DNA of 64,000 nt, from contig OZ024742.1 in NCBI GenBank assembly GCA_964016885.1, forward strand, positions 127,844,001 through 127,908,000, read 5' to 3'. This document shows positions 38,901 through 53,000 of the stretch, piece after piece. A model generated the notes under the pieces. It was not told the DNA's origin and ran no database searches. It was given only the letters and a program-made list of their open reading frames with translations. Position 1 is the stretch's first letter. The number at the start of each line of letters is the position of its first letter. The position numbers and the translations under genes were made by a program. Source of the stretch: Eledone cirrhosa. Its lineage: Eukaryota.

Positions 38901-41900
38901 CAGAAATTTTCCACCACTCCATATCTCTTCACCCACCTTAAATGATAACTCTGGAAGATGTATTAGTTGGTGAAGTTAATGATAGAGTAACATTACTTGA
39001 TAGAGTGTGTAGCTTGGAGATCAGAGAGTCACTCCAGGTAGAGTCGTACTTCTCCAAATTGAGAGATCACAGCTCCGATACTATGGGTATATGGTTAGAA
39101 TGTCTCAGGAAAGGATCGCTGGACAGATTTTATGGGCAAAACCAACCGGCAAGAGACCCAGGGGTAGACGCCGAGCAAGATGGTTGGATAACATTCATTT
39201 ATATGGTTATAAATTATACAAACATATATATCAGCTGGAGACAGTTGCTTCTAACAGGATCTGCTCGAAGGGATGTTTCAGGACTCTGCCCCATGACTCT
39301 CTTAGGATTATGTGGGTGAAGAAGAAAAAGAAGTTAATGATGGTCAGGGTATTGGGACATTGATATCATGATGCTGCTTTGATTCTTTGAGTTGATTTAT
39401 TAACCCTTTAGCATTTACATTACTCTATATATACTATTGTATTTTTATCTCACATGTTTTCGAATCTACAAGATTTTGATATTATTTATTTTGAGAACAA
39501 TACTTTAATGTCTGTATGAGTAGCCAGTTATGGTTGGTTTGAAAAGAAAGAGGTAAGAGAATTCTGGTCAGATACAGCCGGTTTAAATGCTAAAGGGTTA
39601 AATCATTCTCTTTTCTGTTTTGTTGTAATATGACTTTTTTTCTTGTTGTATACATACATTTGCAATCTTTGAAGTGTTATTGAAAATGAAATAATTTCAG
39701 TAACTTGTTCTTAAATACAAATGAACACCATTTCATTTGTTGTTTGTTTTTTTTTATCTATCCTGGGAGGATTATATTGTCCATTGGTTTAGCTTGAAGC
39801 AACAAATGAAAGCAAACATTAAATCTGGCATTATGCCTGAGCTTTTGTTGAATATGTTTGTTTCGAGACTAGCTGAAAGTGTTGAAAGAATAGACTAAAT
39901 CCACTAGAAAGATCTTAGAAACAAGTTGTTGAATGTACACAACACTAAACTCTGTTTTTTGAAATGTTAATACAAGATTCAAGTTGAATCACTGTATGGA
40001 AGGAAGCTATTTTGGTATTAGGGCTTAGTGTAATTCTATTTCAAACAATCAGCTTTTGAAATAAATCTTCCTTTTGAATATTTGAATATTTTAGCAAATG
40101 GTTTAACATTATTTCTTTTACATTTATACATAACTTAACTTTTATTGTTTTATTTAATTGAATTTTTTTTTATGGATTAAACTTAATAAATTGAACATTT
40201 ATTTATGTCCAAATTATAGTTTCAAAAATTAAGAATCCTATATACATTTAGAGATACTATGGTAAATTTCATCTTCAAATTAGATATCTAAATTTTAAGA
40301 AACTGATTCTTTAGAATGTTTTAGAATTTAGCATGAGTTGATAATTTCTCATATAAATGGTAGGTAAGACAAAATACCTGTCACTAACTTAAACTAAATG
40401 AGTTTTTCATATTTAAATTATGTTCCATTGAATCTGTTGATTTTTTAATGTTTTCAGTTTAAATTATTGGTGTTATTTTATATTTTAGATCTTCAAGAAA
40501 CTGAGACTGATGTTGACTTTATTGAGACAAGTCCATCTTCTTCAACTAATTCGTCCAACAGGTTTTTCAATTCATTATTATCTTCATCACATGATGGTGG
40601 CCAATCATCTGATCTGGACTCTTCTGGAGTACATAGTGGCAGTTTCTCGACCAGTAGTTCACCAAAAGATAAAAATGGAAAAGATTCTGATAGAGATTCA
40701 GGACGCCTTTCCATACCAGATTCTATCAGTCAATATTCTTTAACTGAAACAATATCAGCTTGGGATATTTCTATGCCTTCAGTTTCTCCTGCCACTTCAC
40801 ATCTGAATTTACATTATTCAGAAGATGACTTGACTGATTTGAAATTTTATGGCAAAACAGCTAAGAAAGATAGAATTCTTTCAAGGAAAAACAAAATAAT
40901 GATGTCTATTAAAACCTTCAAGAAGAAGATTATGAAATTGTCCAAAAACAGTCGAGATGTGGAAGATGAATCAGATCTTTCAAAGCCTTCTGAGGAATCA
41001 TTATTTCAGTGGGTGGTGGTAAGTAAAATATTGATATTTCCATGGAAAATAAATTTGATGTCATTTTGGTTAAATATAAAATGTAGCTTAAAAGTTTCTG
41101 AAATACTTGGAAATATTTTAATGAACTTCTTAATATTTTGTATTATATAAACTGTTTAATACAGTATGTTAGGACATCATTCTAGGAGAAGGGAAACTCT
41201 GATTTAAAACCTACGACTCAATGGCAGAAAATGATGTTGACTTGTTTCTTCTTTTTGGATACCTGTCACCATTGTTCACAGAGTGGGATTAATCCAGTGC
41301 AAGGGCTTTCTTCACTTAAAAACACTACAAGTACAGGCATCACTTGATCTAAATGACTTTCATATGTGCTATGTGAACACAATATGTTTTTTTAGTGTGT
41401 GTGTGAGTTTGTTTGAGTGTGAGTGTCTTTACATTGACATTACCTGAGCAGCCGATGGGTGTTTGTTTCATGGCTCAGCAGTTGGACACGAGAAATTTAG
41501 TGGTTCAAGTATTTGAAAAACTAAGGAAGCTTGCTATAAAATACTGCCCCAAAAGTCACATAAACCCATGCCGGCATGGAAAAACAAATGTAGGAATGAT
41601 GATGATAATGATATTTTATTAGAACTTAGGAATTTAAGATAGATGTCAGGCATGTAGTTTAAATATGTGCCTTTTGTACTGTCTACATTTACATAATAGT
41701 AGAATAGTCTTACAGAAACTTTACTTTGCTGGGATTTGAACTCAGAATGTAAAGAGATGTAACTAAATATTTCAAAGCCTTTTGTATGCCACCAAGCCAG
41801 TTTCTGCTACTCCATTACGTTAATAGTATTAATATTTACACTTTCGTTACCATATTTCTAAGAAAAGGCACATTGGGGGAAATTCAATAAAATAATAAAC

Positions 41901-43961
41901 TTTGAACTTTGCCTTTCATCCTTACGGGGTCGATAAAATAAAGTACCAGTAATGTACTGGGATAATTACTGGCCTTGTGCCAAAAGTAGAAACAATTATT
42001 AATATGGGTGTCTGGAACTGGATTTTATATATAAACAGTTTTTTATTTATAGGATCAGGGATAATTTCAGGTGATTTGGTATCAAAAGTGTTAATAAAAA
42101 TGAAATCCTGTTTGAATAATTGTATATATAATTTTTGGTTTCTTTTTTATCTTATTTCAGGATACTCTGTCACAACTAGATAATGAAGATCAAGAGGTAA
42201 TTAAAGAATTTGTCTCATTATACTTTATCTTGTTATCCTACAGAACCAGTATCGTTTCTTTCTGCAGTTGTTACTGTTTAAATTCTTTTCTTTTTGAGTT
42301 TTTACTCTTTTACTAGTTTGCTAGAGAACCTCTTTCAAGAGTTTTAGTTGATTACAGCAGTCCCAGTACTTTACCTTGTATATTAGATGGACTTTGTTGG
42401 TATCAATGATTAATATTCAATTTTTCAATCAACTGGACCACCCACATATTGAATTAGTGTATAAGTGGCTGAGTATCCCACTGACATGTGAAGCCTTAAT
42501 GTAATTCTCAGGCAGAATCAGTGTGATAAGGTCACCATCATCATCATCGTTTAACGTCTATTTTCCACACTAGCATAGGTTAGACAGGAATTGTCCCACT
42601 TGAGGCAAGATTGGTCAGGTGACCGTGTCTTGCTCGTATAGGACTATCTGGCAGGTTTTCTACGGCTGGATGCCCTTCCTAACACCAACCATGTTTACAG
42701 TTGGGACTGGGAGCCTTTTTACCGTGCCTCCTACACGACCACTTTACAGTGTGGACTGGGTGCTTTTTGTCATGACACCTACACAACCTCTTTAGTTTGG
42801 ACTGGGTGTTCTGTGGTACCAACATAACTTTACAGAGAAAGAGTGGTGTAGGTGGAAGTGGGAGGATGGAGTAGGGGTAGTGGGTTGGGGTGTATATTTG
42901 ATTAAGAGGTGCCTACTAACTGTAGGTTTAACTTCAAATTATGAATATAGTTCATCCGATAGGCTTCCAGAGAGATTTTGTCTGCTCTTCATCTTCCTAA
43001 CTAAATTGTAAAAAGAAGAAAAGAAAAAATTTTGTTAAACCACATTTCATAGTTTTCACATCAACTGAAGTAAAGAATCCTTTCTGCTCTTATTTAGTAT
43101 ATAAATCAATGATATTTCTATCAAACCTTTTCTGCTGTTATATAGTATATAATACAATATTTCTATCAAACCATTTCTGCTGTTATATAGTATATAAAAC
43201 AATACTTCTATCAAACCATTTCTGCTGTTATATAGTATATAATACAATATTTCTATCAAACCATTTCTACTGTTATATAGTATATAAAACAATACTTCTA
43301 TCAATCCATTTCACTTTTTCATTGTTTCTCAACTAGAAGAATTTTTTTCTTTTTAGACATTTCATCGCTCTACTGTTCCATTATATATTGAGTGCTTGAA
43401 GAAGTGTATTGAGAAGAATTTACTTTCTTATTCCACAAGTGACTTATTATCAGCTCCTCAGCTTGAGAAGAACAAGAATGAAACAAATCCAATTTCTTAT
43501 GTACTTCAAAAACTTAAAAATGAATTACGTATGGCAGATGAAGAGTAAGTAGAAATTTACATATCAAGATTTATTGTGTTACTATGTCTCCCTTTTAACA
43601 ATTGACCAACACTGTTTTGTTTCTTTCTTAATATATTCCTAAAACATGTTTAATATATAACCAACTCATCTTCATTGTTTTTACATCAGCCTTTCCATGC
43701 TGGATTGGGATGGGTTGAAATTATTGAGACTGTTTTACAGCCTGGTGCCTTTTCTGATGCTAACCTTTTTAGTCATTTCTTACATCATACAGGGATACAC
43801 TGTGGCTCTTCTAAAAACAGAATATATATGTTACATATAATATTTAACCACAAAGGGAGGACCTTTCAGTCATGTCAAAGCTATGACAACCTCTCCTTTG
43901 AGAGGAAATAATAATATCCGTTTATGTAGGATTTTGCCTAGTTATTTTGCTTGCACCTTTT

Positions 43962-44017
<56 letters not shown>

Positions 44018-47000
44018 TACCCTCAATCATACATATATAGTAAAATATTTGTTTTTGGTTCTGTTGCAGTTTTGTAATTGAATACATTGATAAGCCTAAC
44101 AGAGGAATGATTTTGATGGTTCATTTGTTACAAGACATCCAAGTGACTGGAGCAGCTTTAGCTGAAGCAGCCTCTATGATGACAAACCAAGGCCTTAAGT
44201 ATGATATATATCAACAACAACTGGTATGTAACAACTTTCAGCACTTTCACATCACATTATCTCACTTTCACTGAAGATATCTTTAGGGTGTTGTTGTTGT
44301 TGTCATGTGTGTCAATTATTTTTGGTCAGTATTTTTAGATATTTTATCAAATCCCTTCAAATTCCAGCATAGTTATGTCCCTTTACGGTCTGAGTTCAAA
44401 TCCCGTCGAGGTTAACTTTGCCTTTCATCCTTACGGGGGTCGATAAAATAAAGTACCAGTAATGTACTGGGTATTGCTGGCCTTGTGCCAAAAGTAGAAA
44501 CAATTATTCTGTGTACTATACATGCACTTTTGATGAGTTGTAGTGCACCTGAGCACTGTACACAATAATTTCATTATTATTATTATTATATTTCTCATTA
44601 GAAGGGCAGTGGATTGGCAGTATCGGTAGAGGGTCGGACGCCATGCTTTGTAGCATAGAGTTACAGCCTTTTATGATCTGAGTTCAAATCCCACCGAAGT
44701 TAACTTTGTTTTTCCTCCTTACGGGGTCGATAGAATAAAGTATCAGTCACGCACTGGGGTCGATTTAATCGACTTCCCCCTCCCCCAACATTGTTGGCCT
44801 CGTGCCTATATAAGAAACCATTATATTTCTCATTAGAAATAAAGTACCAGTAATACACTGGGTAATTGCTGGCCTTGTGCCTAAAGTAGAAACAATTATA
44901 TTTCTCATTAGAAATATGGTAATAAAAAGGTTAATACAAGTGTAAAAAATATATGGGCATTGCGATTTTAGTAGAATTGATGAATATGAAGATTTAACAT
45001 AACTTAAATAACCATATAATCTAGAAAATATATGTTTTAAACGTTAATTATTTCTGATCAACTCTACTGCTTAAGTGGAGGTGTGTAGAAAGGAGCTTCT
45101 TTTTAATGTATTGTAAACGGTACTCTCTACCTCACCCTGTCGTCCTTCTCCCCACTCTACCCTGCTGCAGTAAACACAGCTGGGGTTAGTTCATGTCAAC
45201 ATGATCGTAATTGTTTCTACCTCCTGTTAAAGGTTTTGATGTTAGTTTTACTTCCGAAGAGGTGAGGACATAGATAAATAAATAGACGTAAGAGAAAAGA
45301 AAGGAGACAATAGAGGCGAGAGCTGAAAACAAAAGAAAAAAAAAAGAAAAGAGAAAGGATCAATATGATTTTCTTACACACTTTATTTACATTTTTCTTG
45401 TTTTTGTTAGTTTCGATTTCTTTTTGTTTGTTTTTCATTTAAACTTCCTTTTCTTTTCTTCCCACTTTCTCTTTTATCCCTATTTCGCTCCATCACATTC
45501 CCCCCCCCCCTCTCTCTCTATCTATCTATCTATCTATCTATCTTATATCTATCTTCTTTATAATCCTCCAAATATAATTACTTCATGATCTTATATGCTG
45601 GCCTTTCCCCCTTTTTCTCTGCTGTCCTCGTCGGAGGTGTTAGATATACTTCAAATGTTTGCTTAGTTTTCTGTAACAATGACGTCAATCTTTTTCATAG
45701 TTTGACTTATTTGTGTGTTTTCCGTGTGAACTATTCAACACAAACGTTTGTTTCATTTTTGTTTTAGTGTCACTTCCCTACATCACTCTTTAAACTGTAA
45801 TTATTTCTATTGCTCACAAGGTGGTAGAATGACAGTATCGGTAGCGTATCTGAAAACATTCTTTTTGGCATATAGTTACATCCCTCTACGTTCTGAGTTC
45901 TAATCCCTCCAAGGTTAGGTGTGCCTTTCATCCTTAGTGGGTTGATAAAACAAAGTACCAGTAATACACTGGGGTCGGTTTAATCAACTTCATCTCTACC
46001 GAAATTGTTGGCCTTGTGCCTATGCCAGAGACCATTATTTCTATTGATCTTTTTGCTGTTTAATTAATTGTTCTTTTGACCATTAGATAAGCCAATCTTA
46101 TTTGATATTAAATTTGTAAATGTTGAAGGAGGACAAAGCCACCATGTAGTATCATTAACTGACCATAGTTTACAGATTCAGTTAATTCATTGTTTTTTAG
46201 CATTACCGTAGTAAGAAACTCTTCGGAGAACTGGACAGAAGGTCTTCAAAGAATAGACCTCACTCATGCTTTGGCCCTTTAGTGTTACACTGTGATTTAC
46301 AGACTGTAATGTTATATGTCTGTGTTTTACATACATGTTAAGCCAGGATATTGGCAGATGTGTTAGTGTCAGATGAAGTGCCTTGTGGTATTTATTTTAG
46401 CTCCTTGTGTTTAGAATTCAAATCCTGCCAAAGTCAAATGTATCTTTCATACTTTCAGGGTTGATAGATAAGTATGAGAGGAGAGTAGTGGATTGGCTGA
46501 ATTGTTACAGCATCAGATGGGATGTCCTGTGATATTTCATTTAGCTCTTTCGGTTTTCTGTTCAAATCCCATCATTGTCTACTTGAGTCTTCTCTTCTTC
46601 ATCTGCTCCCACTTATTCACGAGGAGGTCTTGGGGGCAGAGTCCTCAAACACTCCTTCAAGTGGGTACTGTCAGAAGCAACCATCTCCAGCTGATCTGGC
46701 TGGATTCCCAAGCGAGACCAGCCAAGCTCATCGATGTTATCCAAACATCTTGCTTGGGGTCTACCCCTGGGTCTCCTGCCAGTTGGTTTTGCTCGTAAAA
46801 TCTGTCCAGCGATTCTTTCCTGAGACATTCTAACCACATGCCCATAATTTGGAGAAGTAGTGGCTCTACCTGGAGTAACTCTCTGGTCTACTTGGGTGAA
46901 AGACTTAATTAGTTGCCCAATCTAATAGCACCACCTGGTCATTGGGTATCTTTAGCAGAATTCACTCTGTTGCAAGCATTCAGGCCAGGTCTCCAGCAGG

Positions 47001-50000
47001 CTGTTCCATTGATCAAACAACTGGAACACTCATTGAAACCAATAGAGGTCCATTCCATTCCATTTGTTTATTTATTAATGATAACTTGTGGAGAATTTGT
47101 CAACCAAAATATTTTCAGAAAAGATTAAAAAAAGAAGAGAAAGTGTATACCAAATTATACACAACTTCTAATCGTCTTTCTTTGATGATGGTAGTGAGAT
47201 TTGTAAGGATATGTTACTGCTGGAAGGGTTCATTCAGTTTCTTTACCCTTTTTCTCTGTTCAAATGTAAGTCTGTATGGGAAATATTTTACTATACAAAC
47301 AACAGTGTAATGTTAATCTTTTTCTCAATTACAAAACAAGAGTTGAAATCAATAACAGAATATATAGAGTTGATAATAACCATAAAGTGTTATGAAATTA
47401 TATTAAGTTGAGAAATGATAAGATATTCTAATATAGGAAATTTTGTGAATGTCCTGAAATAATTTTAATTAATTTTTGGAACCATTGATCCAAGTAATAA
47501 TTTTTTTTTCCTACAATTAATTTTGTTTCATTTTTGTTGAATCTCAAACACAAAGAAATTGTTGAATGGTGGCAGAGGATAGGGGGTGGTGGGTGTGGTA
47601 ACATTCCTTTGCTGCACCTAATTGACAATCTAATCCACAACATGCATGTGCACAACAAACATTTTATGCATGTTGCTTCAATCTAGTGTTGATACAAACG
47701 CAATTGTACCCAAAGTAAAATGGTGGAACTTGCTCTAAATATGGTAACAGTTGTCCCCACTAAACATATTTTAAACGTCCTTTCAATCTATTTCAATATA
47801 TTTGGCTATTTTCACTTGCTTTATCTCTGTTTCTCTTTAATGTTTGCCCCTTTATATTTATTTACCCTCTCTATATTTATATCTATATTTCATCTCTTTA
47901 TCAGTCTTTATTCTCATTCATTTTCATTTTCCCTTTTCTTACTTCTCTATCTTTCTCATTGTGTAGTTTTCTTATAGTCTTTCTCTTCCCCTTTCTCAGA
48001 AATCCATAAATGAAGGTGTAACTACATGTGTGTGTGTGAGTGAATATGTGTGTGTGTGTGTCTCTATGTGTATGTCTATGTGTAATGCATGCATACATAT
48101 GTTTGTATATTTGGATAGTTGAGTGTGCATTGCTTACATATGCTTTTAGGGGAGTGCATGTGTGTGCATGTATGTGCGTGTGTGTGTGTGTGTGCATGTG
48201 GGTGCAAACAAGCAATAGTAATTTCTATGCTGAGAATATGACTGGTTGTTAGATTTAAACTCTTCTTCTGTTTGGATGTTATGAACCCTGAGTATATAAA
48301 ATAACCTTTGTCACACAATAAAACATAAATGTTAATGTAACAAATAACAAACAACCTTTGCCAGCCAAAACTGGGTTGAAATAATTTCCCCTCATTAAAT
48401 ATATATTTTAACTTAAGGCCTAAGTTCAAATCCTGCCATAGTTAGCTTTGCCTTTCATCCTTACAGGGTCAAATAAATAAGTACTGGGGTAAATTTAAAC
48501 CACTTTCCCCTCCCCTTCAAATTGCTGGCCTTATGCCTAAAGTAGAAACAATTAATTAATTGTTTCTATTTTAGGCACAAGGCCAGCAATTACCCAGTAC
48601 ATTACTGGTACTTTATTTTATCGACTCCGTAAGGATGAAAGGCAAAGTTAACCTCGGCGGGATTTGAACTCAGATCATAAAGGGACGTAACTCTATGCTT
48701 CAAAGCATGGTGTCCGACTCTCTACCGATACTGCCAATCCACCGCGAAACAATTAATTAATGAATTTATTATATTAATTTTATTAACTATTTTTAGGATG
48801 ATGAACATGATTGTCTGCTTTGTATTAAATACATGTTGAGGTTCAAGGTGAGTTACTCTTTTACTTTTTTTTACTGGTTTCAGTCTTTAGGGTTTTAGTC
48901 AATACCACTACTTATTTTTTTAAAGTCTGTTACATATTTCATTGATCTCTATTTGTTGAACTGCTAAATTATTGAACAAACAGTAACATAAATACACACT
49001 TGAACACAGACATCCACGCACACACACACATCCACGCACACACACACATCCGCGCACACACACACACACACACACATCCATGCACATACACACATGATGG
49101 GTTTCTTTACCATTTCCATCTACCAAATTTCATTCACAAGACATTGGCCACAATGAAACTAATACAATGAAACTAATATAAAACCACATAAACAGCAAAG
49201 CAAACTTCTTAACACACAACCATATCTGTGCAGTTTTTTTGTATTATGTTATAATGAAATTTCTTCTAATTCCATTATTTAAAAACACATAATATTTGTT
49301 CAGTAGATGTTTCTAACATCTAATTCCACTGAGGTTAATTTTTGTCTTCCCTCTAAGATTAATATAATATGTAAAAATTTTTTTATTTTTAGCCAGCTAA
49401 ATATTTTATAATTCTTTCTTGCAAAATTTACTCATCTTAAGTAAAAAGAAATAATTATTTATTAATTTATGAAATTGTATTGTCATTTTCATGAAATAAT
49501 GAATAATCTATATTTTTATACTCTACAGGCCGCCATTCATAAGTTTTTGGACATCCGTCACAGCCTTGAAACAGTGGCACACACTTTAGTTAATGGAATT
49601 AGCAAAACCAAGTTGGCAGCTCTGCAGGTAAATCCTTGTTGCAAAACATCAATTTTGTCTTACATTAGATATGAGAACATTTAGGATAATAGTATTATTA
49701 TGTCCAACCTTTGCTAGCAGGGAAAATGGATGTTAAACGATGGACTGTGTTGTGTATGTGTGTGTATTTGTCTTTATCTATATGTATGAATGTTAGTGTA
49801 AATGCCATTTAACCCTTTAGCATTTAAACTGGCCAGAATTCTCTCACCTCTTACTGTTCAAACCGGCTATAACTGGTGTTGTTCTTAAAATAAATAATAT
49901 CAAAATCTCATAGATTCGATACTATGTGAGATAATTATGTGAAATAAAATGTTTACCGTGAAAATACAATAGTAAATAAGGGGTAAGGTAAATGCTAAAG

Positions 50001-53000
50001 GGTTAAGATGTGTTATTAAACTTTTCTCTGACTTATTTGATCATAATTTACTAACATTCTCACTAACATTATCCTCTTATCCTGAAATATTAGGACAACA
50101 ATTAACAGGCTGACACTAACATTTTTGTTGCCTTCAATTTTTTCCCAAAATCTACTGTCCATTTTGTATTGTCATAGCCTTCAAATAACATGCTACTCTA
50201 AATTGTTTTTTTTTTACAGATCTTTACTGCTTGCTTAAGTGAAGTAGAGGGCCTCAATCGTGTTTTGGATGCATTTTCCTACATTTGCTTCAAGTTTGGG
50301 GAGCCGATGCGTTACAAATTACTGATGAACATGATAAAGAATACAACTTCTCAGCAACTTACCTTCCAGGTCTGTTGTCAAACAAATTTCTTTTTGATTA
50401 TTATTTTTATTTGTTAATGGTAAAGTAGAAGAAATAACTAAAGTATATTTTAATAAATGGATAAGATGGCACAGACATAGCTCTGTGTGTAAGAAGTTCA
50501 CTTTACAACTACGTGCTTTCAGGTTCAATTTCACTACATGACACCTTGAATAAGTGCCTTCCATTATAGATTTGGGCTAACTATTGCTTTGTGAGGGAAA
50601 TTGATAGCGGGTGAAACTCTGTGGAAGACCATCATATATGTATGCATGTGTGTGTGTTTGTCTCTGTGTGAATCTTCACTTCAGATTGATACCAATTGGG
50701 TTGGCAATGATGCTTATGTATGTCCAGCATAAACAATATATTCCACAATTCGATGTGTGAAGATCAGAACCTTACTTAAAAGGAGTAAGAGTTGAAATCA
50801 GGAAGGATGTCTGGCAGTGGAATAATGGTTTCTTATATAGACACAAGGCCAACAATTTTGGCGGAGGGAAAAGTTGATTAAATCGACCCCAGTGCGGGAC
50901 TGGTACTTTATTTTATCGGCCCCGTAAGGATGAAAGTCAAAGTTAACCTCAGCGGGATTGGAACACAGATCATAAAGGGCCGTAACTCTATGCTGCAAAG
51001 CATGTTGTCCAATGCCCTACCAATATTGCCAATCCGCTGCCCTTGTGGCCATGTCACCATGGAAAAGCAGACACAAAAAGATGATGACATATCTGAGAAT
51101 AATAAGTATAAATTATATATTCTGAAATGTTTCTTTACAGGGTTATTTTAGCAAATAATATGTTTGATAAAGACATTTTGAATTGAAATTTAATTTTAGA
51201 AAATATTGTTGGTTATTAGTATAGATTCTGTTATTCTGAAATTACTGGTATTCCTATCCCTGGCTTCAATAGTAACTGCTATATCTTTATATTCTAACAC
51301 TTATCTGTGTGTTTCTTGAAGGAAGATGTATGCGTAATGAGGTGTCTTTATTTAGAATTCATACCTGTGCATAATGCAGTTTACTGATAAGTTTGTTTCA
51401 TTTTTTTTCCTCTACAGGTGGCATGTATGAGATTTATTAATAACATGTTGAATGCAACAACAACCCTTAATCATCGTGTTTTTCTACAACATCAGTTGCT
51501 ATCGGCTGGTTTGGACATTGATTTCTTAGAAAAAGTACGTAAATTTAATACCTGTATGAAATATGTTCTAACATGTATCATTTTGTATTTTATGTATATA
51601 ATCCCTAATAAACAAAGAGTTATTTCATAGTAGCAAATTTTTGTATCTAATCTATCATGTACATCATCATCATTTTTACATCCACTTTTCCATTTTTATG
51701 TGCGTTGGGTGGGTCTTCATCTAAACAACATTTCACAACTTTATCATCTGATTTGTGGGTCCGGATATGTAGGAATTCATTTTAAATATCATCATTTTAT
51801 ATCCATTTTCCAAGTCAGTTCTTATTTAGAGTTACTCCTCTCCTAGAGGAGACAGAGACAATGTCTTGCTTATACATTTCATTTTTGTTATGATTTCTAT
51901 GACTGGATGTCCTCCCTAACACCAGTCACTTTACAGAATGTGCTAGATGCATTTTATCATGACACCAGCACTAGAGATGCCTTGTCCTCACCAATATTAT
52001 AAAGACTCCTCTGCCCTACTATATTTCTGTTTGTTTGCCAATCACTTTACAGGGACTAATTAATAATGATATGCCAATTAAGAAGCAAGGTTGGCTGGTT
52101 GTCAGGTAGGTTTGATTTTCAGAGGGCTTCAACATTGTAAACACCAGGTCCGAACACAAAAGAACCAAACTCCGACTGTCACCACCTCTGTCTCCCCTGC
52201 TCTCCCCATCTCTCACTAATACAGGGTGTACTGGGTGCATTTTATTGGGGCATCAACACTAGAAATGTCAAGTCTCCTGTAAAACTAAAACGATCTCTCT
52301 ACTGTATGTTGTCTTCTTTTGTTTAAGGTGAATAAAAGTGCATTTAGTTAGATTTCAGTGAATATAAATATCTACAATTGAATTTATTTTATTTTCCATT
52401 TTATAGCAAGAAACTGATGGAAATGGTTGTGAGTTAGCTGAGCTTCATCATGAAATTGCTAATTGGAAAACCAATTACGTCAATGTAGAAAACATTCAAG
52501 AGGAACAAATAATGGCTGAAAGCAGAAATTCAATTCTTCGACGAGAGGTAAAAAGAATTGAACTTACAAATTTTAAACTCACATTTCTATTTATATTATT
52601 ACATTTGAACTGTTCAGACTTACCTTCTTATAGTTGTGATTCATCATCATCATCATAATCATAATCGCCATTTTACATCTTTTATATCTGCTTTCCATAC
52701 TGGCATGTGCTAGATAGGTCACTACAATCCAAGTTACTGCCTTCCTGGATGGGTCGTGACCATCTCATATTTATACATTTTAATTTTGGCCTGATTTTTC
52801 ATGATGCCCTTCCTAATACCAACCACTTTACAGAGTGTACCAGGTGCATTTTATCATGTTACCAGCACTAGAGAGGTTGTCATGTACCCGACAAAACTAA
52901 AGAGTCCCTTCTATCCTGTTATCTCAATTCAATCATCAACTACTTTACAGAATGTATTAGTGCATTTTATCATGGCATCAGCACTAGAGAGGTTGTTTAG

